From contig NMRA01000068.1 in assembly GCA_002633005.1 (NCBI GenBank), positions 346,453 through 410,452 on the forward strand: 64,000 bases of DNA. The letters are read 5' to 3'. The notes under the pieces were generated by a model. It was not told the DNA's origin and did not search any database. It was given only the letters and a program-made list of their open reading frames with translations. This stretch comes from Phoronis australis (Eukaryota; Animalia; Phoronida). Within the stretch, counting starts at the first letter, position 1. Every line of letters begins with the position of its first letter. The position numbers and the translations under genes were made by a program. Shown in pieces: positions 13,790 to 26,849 of this stretch.

Positions 13790-14000
13790 TTCACGACTCA
13801 CAGGAGGCCACCATCTTGAGAGTTCCCGGATATAAATACAAATCACGTGGTTTACGTCGGCTAAAGTTGTCGATATGGAGAAGATTGAAAGAAAGAGCAC
13901 TGAAGAAGTAACGGTTGGTGGACTTAGTTACTAAAGAAATCACCTATCACTTCACTGAATACGCATCTCAATAGTTAAACAACCAATTCGAGTAAGTAAA
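13790..14000. promoter_or_regulatory. Candidate bidirectional promoter / first exons of the two divergent genes
   Basis: CpG-rich patch with E-box CACGTG (13844-13849), TATAAATA (13831) and a minus-strand AAGATGG YY1-like motif. Minus-strand donor CCT|gtgagt at 13802/13801; plus-strand donor CGA|gtaagt at 13991/13992. Strand composition changes from A-rich to T-rich around 12.7-14 kb (judged by eye). Confidence 0.35.
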
Positions 14001-16326
14001 TCGCTAACTTCAACGTCTTGTCTCCCGTAATCTGTGTTTCAAAAACCTCCTCAATTTCTGTTTCGACCGGATTCCATGAGTGAGCGAGCGTGCCCTTTGT
14101 TTGCCACCATGTTGTAAACTTTTGCTCGCCTTTGGAAATTGTCGTTTTTAATTTGTTAATTGTTGTGTTGTCACCAATTTTACACATGCGACAGTTCAGA
14201 CCTTGTAGTACTTTCTGACGGTATATAAATTGTTTTCTGGACCTTTTTCGCGCGCTTTGAATATTGTATGACGTGGAGATACGCCAATCAGCTACCATTG
14301 CTGAGCAATGGCATTGGCTTGCTCTGTCCAATGGTGATTCATGAATGGTAGTTGGTACTGCCTGCCTGCCTTGAGTCCTTGCTTAAACAATCATGTGATA
14401 AGATATATTCATCTGAAGCAGAATGTATTTCTAGAGCATGTCTGTGGGTTAGTTTACATTTAAGCTTTAAAATGGTTCAACTATGAACTCTAAAAGTCCC
14501 TGAATATGTGATGCATTGTACCAAATTCTTTGTATAGAACATGGTGGTGTCTGGTGGTTTGAGGTCACTCTGAGATAAATTATTGAAAGAAGCATTAATA
14601 ACTGAAATTTGCTTGTTTGCATTTTTTCCATTGTGTTGCAATTTCTAATTTGATAAACCAACACATATTGAAATTAATGTTGAAAAGGATCTACTTAACA
14701 CTGTTTTGGTGATTTCAAGTAATCCTTATTCTGTCACCTGCTTATGCCTCATTGGCGTCAGTCTTGAAAGATAAAAGCTCCAATCTACTAAACACTCATA
14801 CCGCCTATTTCACAAATAGGACAAGTTAGGGGGTTGCCATTTCCCACAGTAATTGTCTTGTAATTCGTTTGCCCGTTTAGCAGAGTTTGAAAGGGGTTTT
14901 CAAATTTTCTCCGGACTTTTAATTGTGTCGAGGATTAAAGAGCATTATTTCGTTTCAGAGAATTGAACGAGAATGTCGTTTTAGTATCTGTTAATAGGCC
15001 AAAACCGCGTTTGGTATCCTTCGAACACAATAAGTCATGAAATTAATTTTTTGTTTAAAACAGTTTTATGTTTTTATAATGATTCAGTTAGATATCCTGA
15101 AAAGCTCATTCCAGCATGGACGGCGCACCATAGGGGGCTGGGAGGCAGGGCTTTATCCAGGATTTCGAAAGTAGGATATTCAAAATGGGGTTCCCCAATT
15201 TTTTCTTTGCTGCGGCGCCCATGTCCGGGCTATATATTTCATGGAAGATGATGTTGGATCAGTAGCCTAGATGCTCTTAGGGAGCAAAGAAAATTAATGC
15301 ACAAAATGAGGATGTAGTTGTCTGACAGACGCTTTATTCTTGGTTATCAGATATTAGCTTGTAGCGACAGAATGGTTGTTTTATTAGTTACTGTTTTTTG
15401 GTTATACATGTTTTATTACCAGGTTTCACAGTTTTGGACAAGTCTCCTGGTTCCAATGTTGTCTTTAAATATGTCATCTAGATGGATCAAGGTGCAAGTT
15501 TATCTTCCAAACGAATATACTTGGACCTTTCAAAGTGGTATTATTCCTTCCTTTCTTTCTCTGTACGAGAATGGTTGAATGAGTCAAAAGAAGAGCTTGG
15601 ATTGAGTGTTCTTAATGGAACGTTAGGCTGTGCGGAATACATTAATTTTAACATTGGGCAAGGTTCAAAATTAGCAGATGTTGTAGTGCATCAGGATTCT
15701 ATATCGTAACTTTTGAATGCTTTCATACTGATGCAACTTTTTCACCAGAAGCTGGGGCAGCTCAATAAAATAAGTCTCCGCCAGATTACAAAACATAAGC
15801 AAAACTGTATATTCCCATTCCCTACAAGGCTTGTGGTGAAGTACGTTCCTTAATCAAGGGTCGTACTTGAAAAGATATAGTTTCTAATAAGCGTAAAAAG
15901 GGTAATTTGTAAAAGAAAAACATGGAGGGCTGAAATTTTGAGCACACCCAAGTTTAAGAACTTATGAATTATATAAATCTTATTACCAAAGAAAAGTTTA
16001 TGTAAAAAAATATGCATTGCTAGAGAAAAGAAATCTCTCTTTTCTCAATTTAGATGTGGAGTCTTGCCGCTGATAGTGAAAACTGGCCATTTCGGTATCT
16101 TTACTCCGGTTGAGGAGCATTTGTGGGATTTTTGTTCTGTCTCATGCGTAGAGGATGAAATACATATCGGTAAATTCCTTTGGTCGTGCAATCTCTACAC
16201 TAATCTCAGAACCGGGTTATTTGCAGAGGTCATGTTGGTCTGACCCGCACTTGGTGAGCTAGGAGTTCAGAACCAGTTTGTTTTCTTGATGACTAACAGG
16301 ACTGAGTAAATTAAGTTTTCAGTATT

Positions 16327-17405
16327 ATTATCCTCCCACATATTTATATGTGGACGCATTATGCTGTCATCTGTGTCCGTCCGTCCGGGCGGCGTCCGTC
16401 CGGCGTCCGCTGCTCTATCTCCAAAACCGATTGATATAAGTTCATGAAATTTTGCATGAGTGTTCCTTTTATGGAGTGGACGGCGTGAGCGAACTTTCAC
16501 ACGGATCCGACTACCGGTGTGGCACCTAGAGACAATTTTAGTTTTTTATGTTTACATCTGTATCTTCAAAGGTCCTTTAATAATATATTTTCACAAAATT
16601 TGGTATAAAGGCAACTGTTAGTGAGACAGCATTATTCTCACGTTTTTGGATGGATTTGACATACTTTGCATCACCTACCATTTTTACTGTTTTGAGTCTG
16701 TTTTTTTAGCGTCCACCCCTCTATCAACCAAGCCGGTCTAAGCGTGATTGTAAAAATTGGCATGTGTGTTCTTACTATGAAGTGGACGGTTGACAATGAT
16801 TTGCCGACGACTTTGACTATTGTGGTGCCTCCTAGTGGCAGTTTTTTTTTGAGCCTGTGGCTATATCTCCTAAACCATTTGCAGGATCTTTACTAAATTG
16901 AGTAAGTGCATTTATATGATGATGACAACAGACGACAACAACTTTTGAAGAGATCTGAGTACTGGTGTGCCACCTAGTGGCAGTTTTATTTTTTACGTTT
17001 ATCTCTGTATCTTCAAAGATCCTCAAGGTATTTCCATAAAATTTGGGGTACAGGCTTCTTTCCGTTTTCAGTAGGATTTGACGTAGTTTGCGCCACCTAG
17101 TGGCCATATTTACTGTTTTTGAGTCTGTTTTTTGGTTTCCACCCCTCTATCAACCGAACCGCTTTCAGGATAATTTTGAAAATTGGCATGTATGTTTTTA
17201 CTATGAAGTGAACGGGTGACGATGATTTTCTGATGACTTCTACTACTGTGGCGCCTCCTAGTGGTAGTTTTGTTTTTTGTGGCCATATCTGTATCTCCTG
17301 AACCGTTTGCAGGAACTTAACAATTGTGTTTATATGATGTTGATAACGGACGACGACGATTTTTGGATGGATCTGAGTTCTGGTGTGCCCCATGGTGGCA
17401 ATTTT
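16327..17405 (+). mobile_element. HINE family copy, 3'-truncated
   Basis: CCCACATATTTATATGTGGACGCATT palindrome, GTCC microsatellite and subunits with CCTAGTGG cores at 16826, 16966, 17090 and 17251. Confidence 0.8.
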
Positions 17406-18602
17406 AAACCAGACGATTAGGCTGCAAAAGGTCTTAAAATTCAAACCAAAAAGTTCCAGGTCTTCAAGTCTGTCGAATGCTTAAAACTTGTCATTTTTGT
17501 TGAGACCTCTCGTTTTGGACACAGTATCTACACCGAGGTACGATACGCCATCTGTCGAACAGATATTAAACGTGTTAACTAGGAAAATATGCGTAATCGA
17601 GTTAATTTGCTTGTGTCAACATGATTTTGTGAATGTTTAAAAAACAAGTTATTATTACGAATTATATAGCTAGGTCGCCACCTGGGCAACAGAACTGATG
17701 AGATTTTGACTAGCTTGTGTGACTAGGCGACTGCTAAGGTCTATTCTCGCAGCTTTACTGACCCTTTAAAACAAAAGCCTGTAAGCAGTTTATTGTTCCT
17801 TGTCGCGTGTAAGCATGCAGTGAGGGACAAAGTATTTACGATCATATGTCACGCTGTCCATTTGTCTGCGAAGTTGTTGACACATCTCTAGGAGGAGACT
17901 TTGGATTTTGTTCATATTTTGTACCAAACTATAGGTAGTACACTTCCAGGCAAGTCGAATTTTGTGGCCTTGAGTTCATTTTCAAGGCGACACTGAGAAA
18001 CTGAAGTTTTGACCTAGGGGCAAATGATGCCTTAGGAATGAAGCATTAGATTTTGTTCATATTTTAGTCCATAATGCAGCTTGAGTAATTGGAGACGAGA
18101 CGACAGTTGGTTTTAAAACCATAACCTTCCATAATGAGGCATATATTTAACACGTAGAGTGTTCAAGATTTCAGGTTAAAGGATGGTCAGTGTTGGCTTG
18201 GTTCCGAAGGAGAAGCGCTTCGAATTTGAGTCAGTTAAGCCTCAAGTTTGGGACAGAATGTCGGTCCCATTCCTCTATGAAAAATATAAAAAATGGCTCG
18301 AAATTCCTCTCATCAGATCCAAAATTTCTTTTCAGTGAGAACAATATTGGACAGACAAGGTTAATACACTAGAACCTCGTGGATTAAACATAAAAACTTC
18401 TTAAATTATATCATTGAATTTTTTACGCAAAAATGTATCATATTCATTACACCACATCTTAAATGTCAATTGTCATATAGTGTTTGATTTTACTTTATTT
18501 CTGTTTCTGTTTCTGTTGACCAAGGACGTTATTATATCCAAAAATTTCAGTTGATCCATTCTTGTTGTTTTATTTACCTATTTATATTCTCAATGTTAAA
18601 AT

Positions 18603-19068
18603 CGAGGCTTGGAATTTTCGGCAGAAACACGGATTTCCACTTTTTTCAAATGTTCTGTTCGCGTATTTTATTGTATTTCCGCGTAAAAAAAATCGGATTT
18701 GATATAAAATTTCCGCGTCAAATTCCTTTCTTACCGCGGTGTTGCCGACGACGTTCACCTCGAAAAGCGGAAGTTGCTCTTTATGTTTCGGAGGAACGTA
18801 GATTGTCAACATTGCCGGGGCATCTGGAGTAGCGTGGTGGGATTTTCAATGGCGTCTCGTGTGATTGTAAACTGCGGTGACAAATACCACTACTGCAGCC
18901 AAAAATGTGTGGGGGTGAGAGTGGACGGACGAGCTAAAAAGACGCAGAGTACTGATGGTGGTAACGTTTTTTTTTAGTCCACCCGATAAGGTTCACTAGG
19001 CTGGGTAGTGCGCATGTTTTGGGCGTTAAAAGTTCCGCGTTTTTTGTCATTGGTCATTCCAAGCCCTG
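18603..19068. mobile_element. hAT-type MITE / internally deleted element
   Basis: TIR pair (C)GAGGCTTGGAAT ... ATTCCAAGCCCTG; repeated TTCCGCGT subterminal motifs; no clear TSD. Confidence 0.5.
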
Positions 19069-19781
19069 ATCTTTTGACTAATGCTCGTAACTCGAGATCA
19101 GCTAATCAACATATTGTCAGATGGCGACGTGTTCTAATTTGACAGCTGATCGACTGCTGGGGTTATTTTTGGTGTTTTTGTTATGAAATTGGTGAATTTA
19201 AGCACTTTAAGACAATTTAGTCCGACTTTCTTAGCATTAGTGGATGCAGTGATTTTCAAAAAGATTATTTTATATCTGTATTGTTAATTGCTGAGCCTGT
19301 TAGTAAACTGTGTTTAAAGTAGAGAGTGTTTGCCTTTTTAATGCGAAAAATCCGACTTTGCCTTGCCGCAGAACACTCAAATGGCTCAAACAGCCACTAT
19401 TTTAAACTTGTCGCACAAGCATTCAAACCTGACACAAGGTAACCAAACTTATTATGGCAAAATTCGAACTCGTTAGTGCGACTAGTCAAAACAGGCAGAA
19501 TTGGTGATGACGGGGACTGAGGAAATGTCCCATCAACCAAGAATTCCTCTCAGAAGACAAAGCCACCTTCCCTCTCGGATGAGCGAGCCGAGGGCTCTAA
19601 CTATTGAGAATGACTCATTTGAAGATTTTCCATGTGTATACCTTACTTATCCAGGTTAGCACTCCAACCCTTCAAGTGTCAATAAACCTGTGTATGCTAT
19701 CGAAAAAACTTTGATTTAGACCACTTTCTGCTATGACATTGATCTTAGCCGATTCCTTATTCAGGTAAGAAGCAGTTCTTA

Positions 19782-22201
19782 CTCTGGAGTTCCGAATAGT
19801 AGTAGAGACAGCAATAATAGTATAGACTGGAAAATTTCACGATTTTTAATAATAGTAGAGACTCTAATAATAGTATAGACCCAACATTTTTGCCACTAGA
19901 AAAGTAGAATAATAGTATAGACCGGAAATTGTCGAAAAAAATTAATAATAGTATAGAATGGAATAATGGTATAGACGGCAAATTTGTGGAAATTTAAACA
20001 TAGTATAGACTGGAATAATAATATTGGTTACAAATTTAGGTAAAATCTAATAATATTATAGAAGAGAATAATAATGCAAAACAGCAAATTCTTAGGAATA
20101 ATGGTATAGACGGGAAATTTGTGGAAAATTAAAAATAATATAGACTGGAATAATAACATTGATTACAAATTTGCATAAAATGTAGTAACGGTAAATGGAA
20201 ATAATAGGAAGTGCAAAATCTAATAATGATGTAGATGGGATTGGAATAATAATGCAAAGAAGCATATTCTGTCTGACTTACCACCGCTATAATTGTTTCA
20301 AAGAAAAACTTTTAAATTGAAAACTAGCATAGTTAAATTATTGCAGTGGTGTATCCACACATGCCATAACATAGTACAGTGAAGTGCAATAAAGTGTCAT
20401 TGCTAAAACAAAGACCATTCGTTTATTCAATAACTTAAAATGGAAGTCTATATAGATGTGTTTCAAACAGTATGCATTATCATTTTACTCAAAAAAGAAT
20501 GTGACATTCATACTAGGATGCCAATGTCGACTAAGTCCAAAAATTATAACAAGGAGGTAAAGATTTCAGCAGCAACGTCTAGTCTTCCACGAAGCCGACA
20601 GTATGAATAAGGACAATAAAGTGTGTTGGTAAAACGACTCGCATTTTTATCATACATATTCCTGACAGTCGAGCCTTTGTTTCTCTCAATCTCCTTGCAC
20701 AACGTTCATAGTCAATACCCTCGGAATGTTAGTCAGAATTCGACGTCAAAAAGTCGGTACATCCAAAATTTCACACGACCAGAAATTGAGATTTCTTGCA
20801 GAATTGCAAAACATTCGAGTCCACGACCACAACTACGTCCACCATCTTGAATGTCTAATTAGGTATAATAAACAAACCGATTCACGTGCGCTTTTCCATT
20901 TATTTGGACGGGAAAGTAGAAATGAATTTCAATAGATATCGACTGGATTGTCGAACGTTAGCAACTATGTCATTTTCAAGATTGTCACAGGTCCATTCTT
21001 CCTGTTCATAAAAACAATCTATTCTCAAGTTTGGAGCGAATTGTAAAAATGCTGATGTCCGATGTTGTCGGCAACTTGTTGGTACTTTGTCTTTGACTTG
21101 TTGATTCTAGGAACCTGGCTCCTAGATTGATTGAAAGGTTCGGCACTGTTCATTAACTGCACGGGTATTTGCGCTTCGTCGACTTGCCGCGTTATCACCA
21201 CAGTCCGTATCTATAGCCGGATTATTTGTCGTACCAGCATCTGAATCAATGTCTGTCTCTGGAACATCTCTCGGTTTGTAAAATAATCCTCGAATTCTTT
21301 AGGTCTTTGCGCGGCAGACGACATGATTAAGTATGTAGAATGCGCATGTCAATAATGACGAAAACCGCAGATGACACTGGCTGTGCAAAATCCCGGAATT
21401 ACTCCCCCGGAAACCCAAACTTCGGGGACAGACACAGTGAAGACTTGGTACGGCTTGCCAGTTTCTCACAGGGTGCAATCATAAATATTGGATCACCCAA
21501 AGAAAATCGTCGAAAGCGTTTTTATTCATATGTACGTTGAGCTGCCGGTAACACCGGTCTGTGTCACGGGGCGCGCGGAATATTGAAAAATGCATTTTTT
21601 GTGCATTAAATTCATCATTTCTGAAATTACTGATGGCCTATTTCTTTGAGCAGTCAGTCGTTAATATTAAGAGAAGTGGTAATCATTTCATGCTTTTTAA
21701 ATTTTGCCAACACTTTCTTAATTCTGACCGATCCCGTCGAACCCGTCCAAAATAACATTCTGGCCGTCCAACAGAAAGCCGCTGCGTAAACCGTTGCTTG
21801 GGAGTCCGATTATTTTACGCTTTGAAACGTACAGTTGTATATTTTGGCGAATAAAATCTTTTAATGTGTATGACATGCGACTTCCGTGTGTAACGCGCAG
21901 TCGTATATAGCTCTTCTAAATTACGAAATCAGAACCTAGTGTCTCGTGGTCTAGATGTTTAGAGCGAAGACACCACATTTTACGGCCAAGGTACGATACC
22001 CGGTGTCTATAGCTAAGTTGTGGAGTAACAAATTTGTAATGAATAAAACAAAAATTGAGAACTTGCTGAAACAAATAATCGTGGAGAGTGGAAAAAAGTT
22101 AGAAAATTAATAAACGCAGAGACCCGAATAAGCTTCGTATAGACCGGAAAACGAGTATGAAAAAAATAATCGTATATATACGACTATTCGGAACTCGAGA
22201 G
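19782..22201. mobile_element. 2.4-kb TIR DNA transposon derivative flanked by TA (IS630-Tc1-mariner-type target)
   Basis: TA-CTCTGGAGTTCCGAATAGT ... ACTATTCGGAACTCGAGAG-TA (1 mismatch); array of AATAATAGTATAGAC-like motifs at 19813-20250, with copies near the right end. Confidence 0.8.
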
Positions 22202-24340
22202 TAGTCTTGCAAAGAATTGACAGTCCGTTATTCCTCATGACCGTACTCGGAAAACAGAGTGACACACTATGACAAGCTGGTTTGTAGAGTCTGGTCTCGA
22301 GCAATAAGGAACTGTCAGTTCTTCCCTATCCAAGGACGAAGGAACAGTTTGGAATCTTATTTCGTGAGGCAAGTTGTCTAAATCCAAAATTGGTTTCTTT
22401 GATGGAAGGCGGGTTTATTGCCACTTTGAAAATAGGGAGATTGNGGGGGGGGGGGGGGGGGAATAGGCATTCACCCGAATAGTAGATTGTGTTCATGCCC
22501 AGGGAGCGAAACGGCTTGTGCAAAAGTCAAATAAATCATTGGTGAAATATAGACAGTATAACAAGTGAGTTTTGTTTGTTGTGGGAGCTAACATTCGCAT
22601 GAGATGCGCATTCTCAAACACTAGTGATTTTAAGGAAGTCTTGCTGGTATCAATCAAAAGTAGGGAATTTAGGCAATTAGGATGTTCAAAAGTGAAAATT
22701 TGGAAATTTCTGAGGTGTATGCTTATCCAAATTGAGCATTAACTTTGTCAATTGTGGTATGTTTTCAAGACAAGCTCTTATGTTTCCCTGTCTGTTTCTG
22801 GTACACATTTGGCAAGCCTACCTAAGTTATTTGAATGAAATGGCTGGCAACAATTACATTTTAAATGTGATAAATTTTAACCTCAAGCTCAAAGCTACAT
22901 TAAACCTGTGCTTTCTGTCAAAGAAAGTTTCAATTTACCATAGGCTACTTACCATTGTTAACTTGGTCTTGTCTTATTCCTTGCTCGAATTTAGATTTGA
23001 TTTATGGGCTCGGAAAGAACTAACAATTCATTATATCTTCAAGTTAAGGTCATAAAATTTCAGGTCACGCTGTGACTCACTATTGTGGTTATTCTCCACT
23101 TATTTTCACCAAAGCAATTGCCAAAATTTTACTTTTCCATTTTTTCAAAGGCTTGATACCTTGCTGCAAGTAAGGGAAACTTTACCAAGTGTTGTTTAGT
23201 GACCTCTATTGTTCAAACCCTGACATACTTGAGCAACAGACTGAAATGTTCTTATTATTTTCTGAAGAACATTGTCAAAATAAAACTTTAGTCATCTGTT
23301 AATATTGTGTGCTACATAGGTGATGATCTGTAACTGATGTTTTGGACTATCAATCTGATGGGAGTCTAGTTTCGAAGGTACATTCACTGGAGTTCCATCA
23401 CTTCAGTGCCATAGTTGCCTACATTCAAAAATGAAAAAAAACAGGACATCTGGATTTCTGAAAAAAAATCAATTTCTGACAAAGATTATGCCAACATTGC
23501 TATATTTCTGTTTTTTCAGAGGCTTACCACATTGTTGCAAGTGCTCTAAATTTTTCCAAATGTTGTTAATTGTTAATTAATATCTACGCTGTGCAAACCA
23601 TGCTAAAAGCAACATAAATTGTACTGAAAATTTATTTTTGTTGAGAAATCTGATGAAATAAAATTTCACCTGTCCACCATGTTGTGTCTTAAACTGAAGA
23701 ATTTTTTTGCGTAACAAGTAGGACTTCTGGATCTATGCCAAACTGCAAGTGTCAAATGTCTGCTGCAACACCCAAAAACACCTTGTCACCATTTTTAGTG
23801 GAGCTGGAAAATAGGTTGTAAATCATGTGGAAAATCACAAGTCAGTTTTGCTGTATGTGGTGGGACATTGGACAAACCTTCATAAAGCAGGACAGTTGGC
23901 AAGTATGTTGAAGTGTGTTGTTCAGTGCCAGATCAATACAGTTAGTGTGACCTACTTTTGTGGCACACAGTCAGTTGTTTGGCTCCAACTTCTGATTACT
24001 CAGAGCAAGGTTGTCTGCAAGCAAGCTCTTTAGTTCAGCACATGGTGCAATGGGCATTCTTCTGTTTGGAGCTATCATCCTAGGATACTAGTTCACGGGT
24101 TGTTGTTTCGATACTTATTTCTAATATGCATCGAGCTAAAGAACCATCAACACTCATCTCATCTCAGTTTTGCTCCTAAATCATTTATATACAATAAACG
24201 AATGCAAGTCTCTTGTAAAAAAAATATTTGTAGTCCATTTTAAAGGTTTCATGCCATGAAGCCCTCAGCACTTGCATATGATCTAGTCCAGTTTAATTGA
24301 TTATTAATTTATTTTAAGTGTTGTGTTAGAATGTACCTTA

Positions 24341-24745
24341 AGTCCTGTTTACACACAGCCTACCTTAGAATAACTTGCACTAGTGCAACTTGCCCCACTT
24401 TTAAGTGGAGCGCCCACTCGCACACACATATCCGATAACTAGGGTAAGGCAGAAGTTGTCACTATGTGTGCAACAATGAACACGTAATACGAATACGGCA
24501 CGTAAGAGGAAACTCGGCGGTAATTACTTTCGTCTTACCCCAGGTTTGTGGCCACACTGGAATTAGAAGTGGCACAAGTTACCCTAGAAGAATTAGTTAC
24601 CCTACCTCGATAACGTGGAGTAAGTTGTCACAATTGGGGTACGTTACGCTAGTTTAAATGGCGTCCACACAGCACTCAAATCTAGTGACAACTTGTTCCA
24701 GTAGTAGTAACTTGTTCTAGGGTAAGTGTGTGTGTGGATGGCACT
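24341..24745. mobile_element. PIF/Harbinger-type MITE
   Basis: TTA on both sides; imperfect TIRs AGTCCTGTTTACACACA / TGTGTGTGGATGGCACT; internal ACTTACCC/AAGTTACCC repeats. Confidence 0.65.
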
Positions 24746-26849
24746 TTAGCTCTATTAACTATTGTATACCTATCTTGCACCTTTTTCTGTAAGAAGTTGC
24801 TTACCAGCTGCACTTAAAACAGTCTTTGTGCTTAATTGCCTATGTGTGCTTTAAAGTAATTCACATGTTCTTCTGTGGTGTGGTTGTTCATGGTGGTAAC
24901 ATTGTTATCAGGTTTAGGCGGCCATACAGGTCTTAGTCTTCTAAAGCCTGGGTTTTCAGATAAGAACTTCCTGCCAAATATTTACAGCTTCATATGCCTC
25001 TTATTGGCCCCAAAATGATCACATTCTGTGTAGCTTTCAGGTAGTACATGCTGAATCAATTCAAAATTAGTTGATTTTGGTTTTTAACTCGTGTTTTTTG
25101 TCAGTTCGTTTTTACTCATAAGAGTATGAGAACGACCACCTATCATATTCTGGAAAGCAATGTTAATGTTGCAACCTTCAACACCTTAAATTCCCAGGTC
25201 GTCGATTGTTTTAGCCAGAGATTTACTTAGGCACTCGCCCAGTTGCCAATGTGGCAAAAACAGTGCTGGGCGAGTTGAAAATCACTGGCTGGTTGCCGAG
25301 ATGGCGAGCGAATTTACTGAGCACATCTGCACTCTATCATTCCCCAGACCTTCGTAGAGTCCAATGAATACATTTCTCTTGTGTTTGGTGTTTTTATCTT
25401 GAATTTAAGATTAATTTTGGTCCGTGTCTTGGTAGTTCTCCAACAATAAAACACATCGAAGCAGTGTGCCATTGGATGTTAAACTTTATGTGATTCTTGA
25501 AGACGAAAGGTCACAGTGAGCGCAAGACGTTTTTACAAAAACAATACTGAAGGCTTACTGGTGAACAAAGTTGGTCCCAGAAATATTGGCATTGTTTTAT
25601 TTTGTGACAAACTAAGTGAAGAACTTGAATGGGCGTGGGATTTCGATACTTCGTAGGTTGCCTTGCAGCAACTTAGTTGCCGACCCAAAAGTTGAATCAG
25701 CACTCTAACCGACACGTGCATTTGAGTACCTAAGTATATAACTTGTTATAGGAAGTATTGCACATAGGAAAAATACCTGCGACTTTCCTAGAACTAAACT
25801 GTCATATGATTGTCACCAAAGTTGTTAAAGATAGATAACTCTGAAGTGCAACAAACTACCTTTGAATTGAGCCATTTACTTACATCCAATAAGTTATTGT
25901 AATATTCAGTTCCATGAGAAATTTTTTTCGTTGTCAACTCAAGCAATGCAACATGTGCCATTTTCGAATTCCCAGTTTAAAGTCTATCTTGAACAGTAAC
26001 ATATGTAAATTTGGTTCTTACAGCATGTTAAGAGGATCATTCTGAGCCCACCAGTGCCATAAATTGCCAACCTGAAATGTAATGTACTTTTAGGCTTCTT
26101 GGGTTGCTTTTGTCTGCCTCACTGAGAATCACTTTTTATTTCAAATGGCTGTGAATAACACCAGCAGGCAGTGGTGTTCTATTCAGACCCCTATTCAATA
26201 CAACTTCTATCGACCTTTTGTTTGTGCTAGGATCTCCAGATAACCCAATATGGCATGAAAAGACAACTTAACCTATCATTTGATGGCCTAAATTTGAGTG
26301 ACTAAGCTCGAATTTTCTGATTGTGCTAAGCAGGTGCGGACCCAATGGTAAATGACTTTCTAAATGCAGATGCAAAGCGATTTGTGCGTGTCCTTTCAGT
26401 GGTTGGTTCCCCCCTCGCCGGGGGCATAGTTTGTCCCCCGTATTGTGATTGGTTGAAACCATAGAACAACTCGCGCTCTCGAACAGTAGTTAAACCCTCC
26501 TTAATGTAATTGGTTAAAATCAACTCGCACTTGAATAGTGCTTGGTTCCTTCCTGTGGCTATACCGGTATATTGGTGACAGCTGCAAATGTTTTGGTTAT
26601 AGTATCATCATTGATAAACAAAATCAAGTTTCTATTGACTCTTGTTTGAAAGAGCAAAGACGTAAGAGCAAAGACGTTGGCTGCCGAAAAAGCATCGACT
26701 GTGACCTGCTCCTGTGTTAAGGGTACGTCAGCTGGCGATGATGCATCAGCTGTGTTGTATTCTCATCCTGAAAATTTGCTGACTTTGACAGAATCTCGAA
26801 GCTCACCGCGAACCAGATGAAGTGGAGGACACAACATATTCGGTGTTGC

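Noticed and set aside
19800-20260. Regularly spaced short repeats resembling a CRISPR array
   Set aside because: Eukaryotic context; repeats are ~15 bp and degenerate, spacers resemble each other, no cas genes; they are subterminal repeats of a TIR element.
22441-22462. Poly-G run as a G-quadruplex or regulatory site
   Set aside because: Contains an N; homopolymer length is unreliable and no context supports a function.
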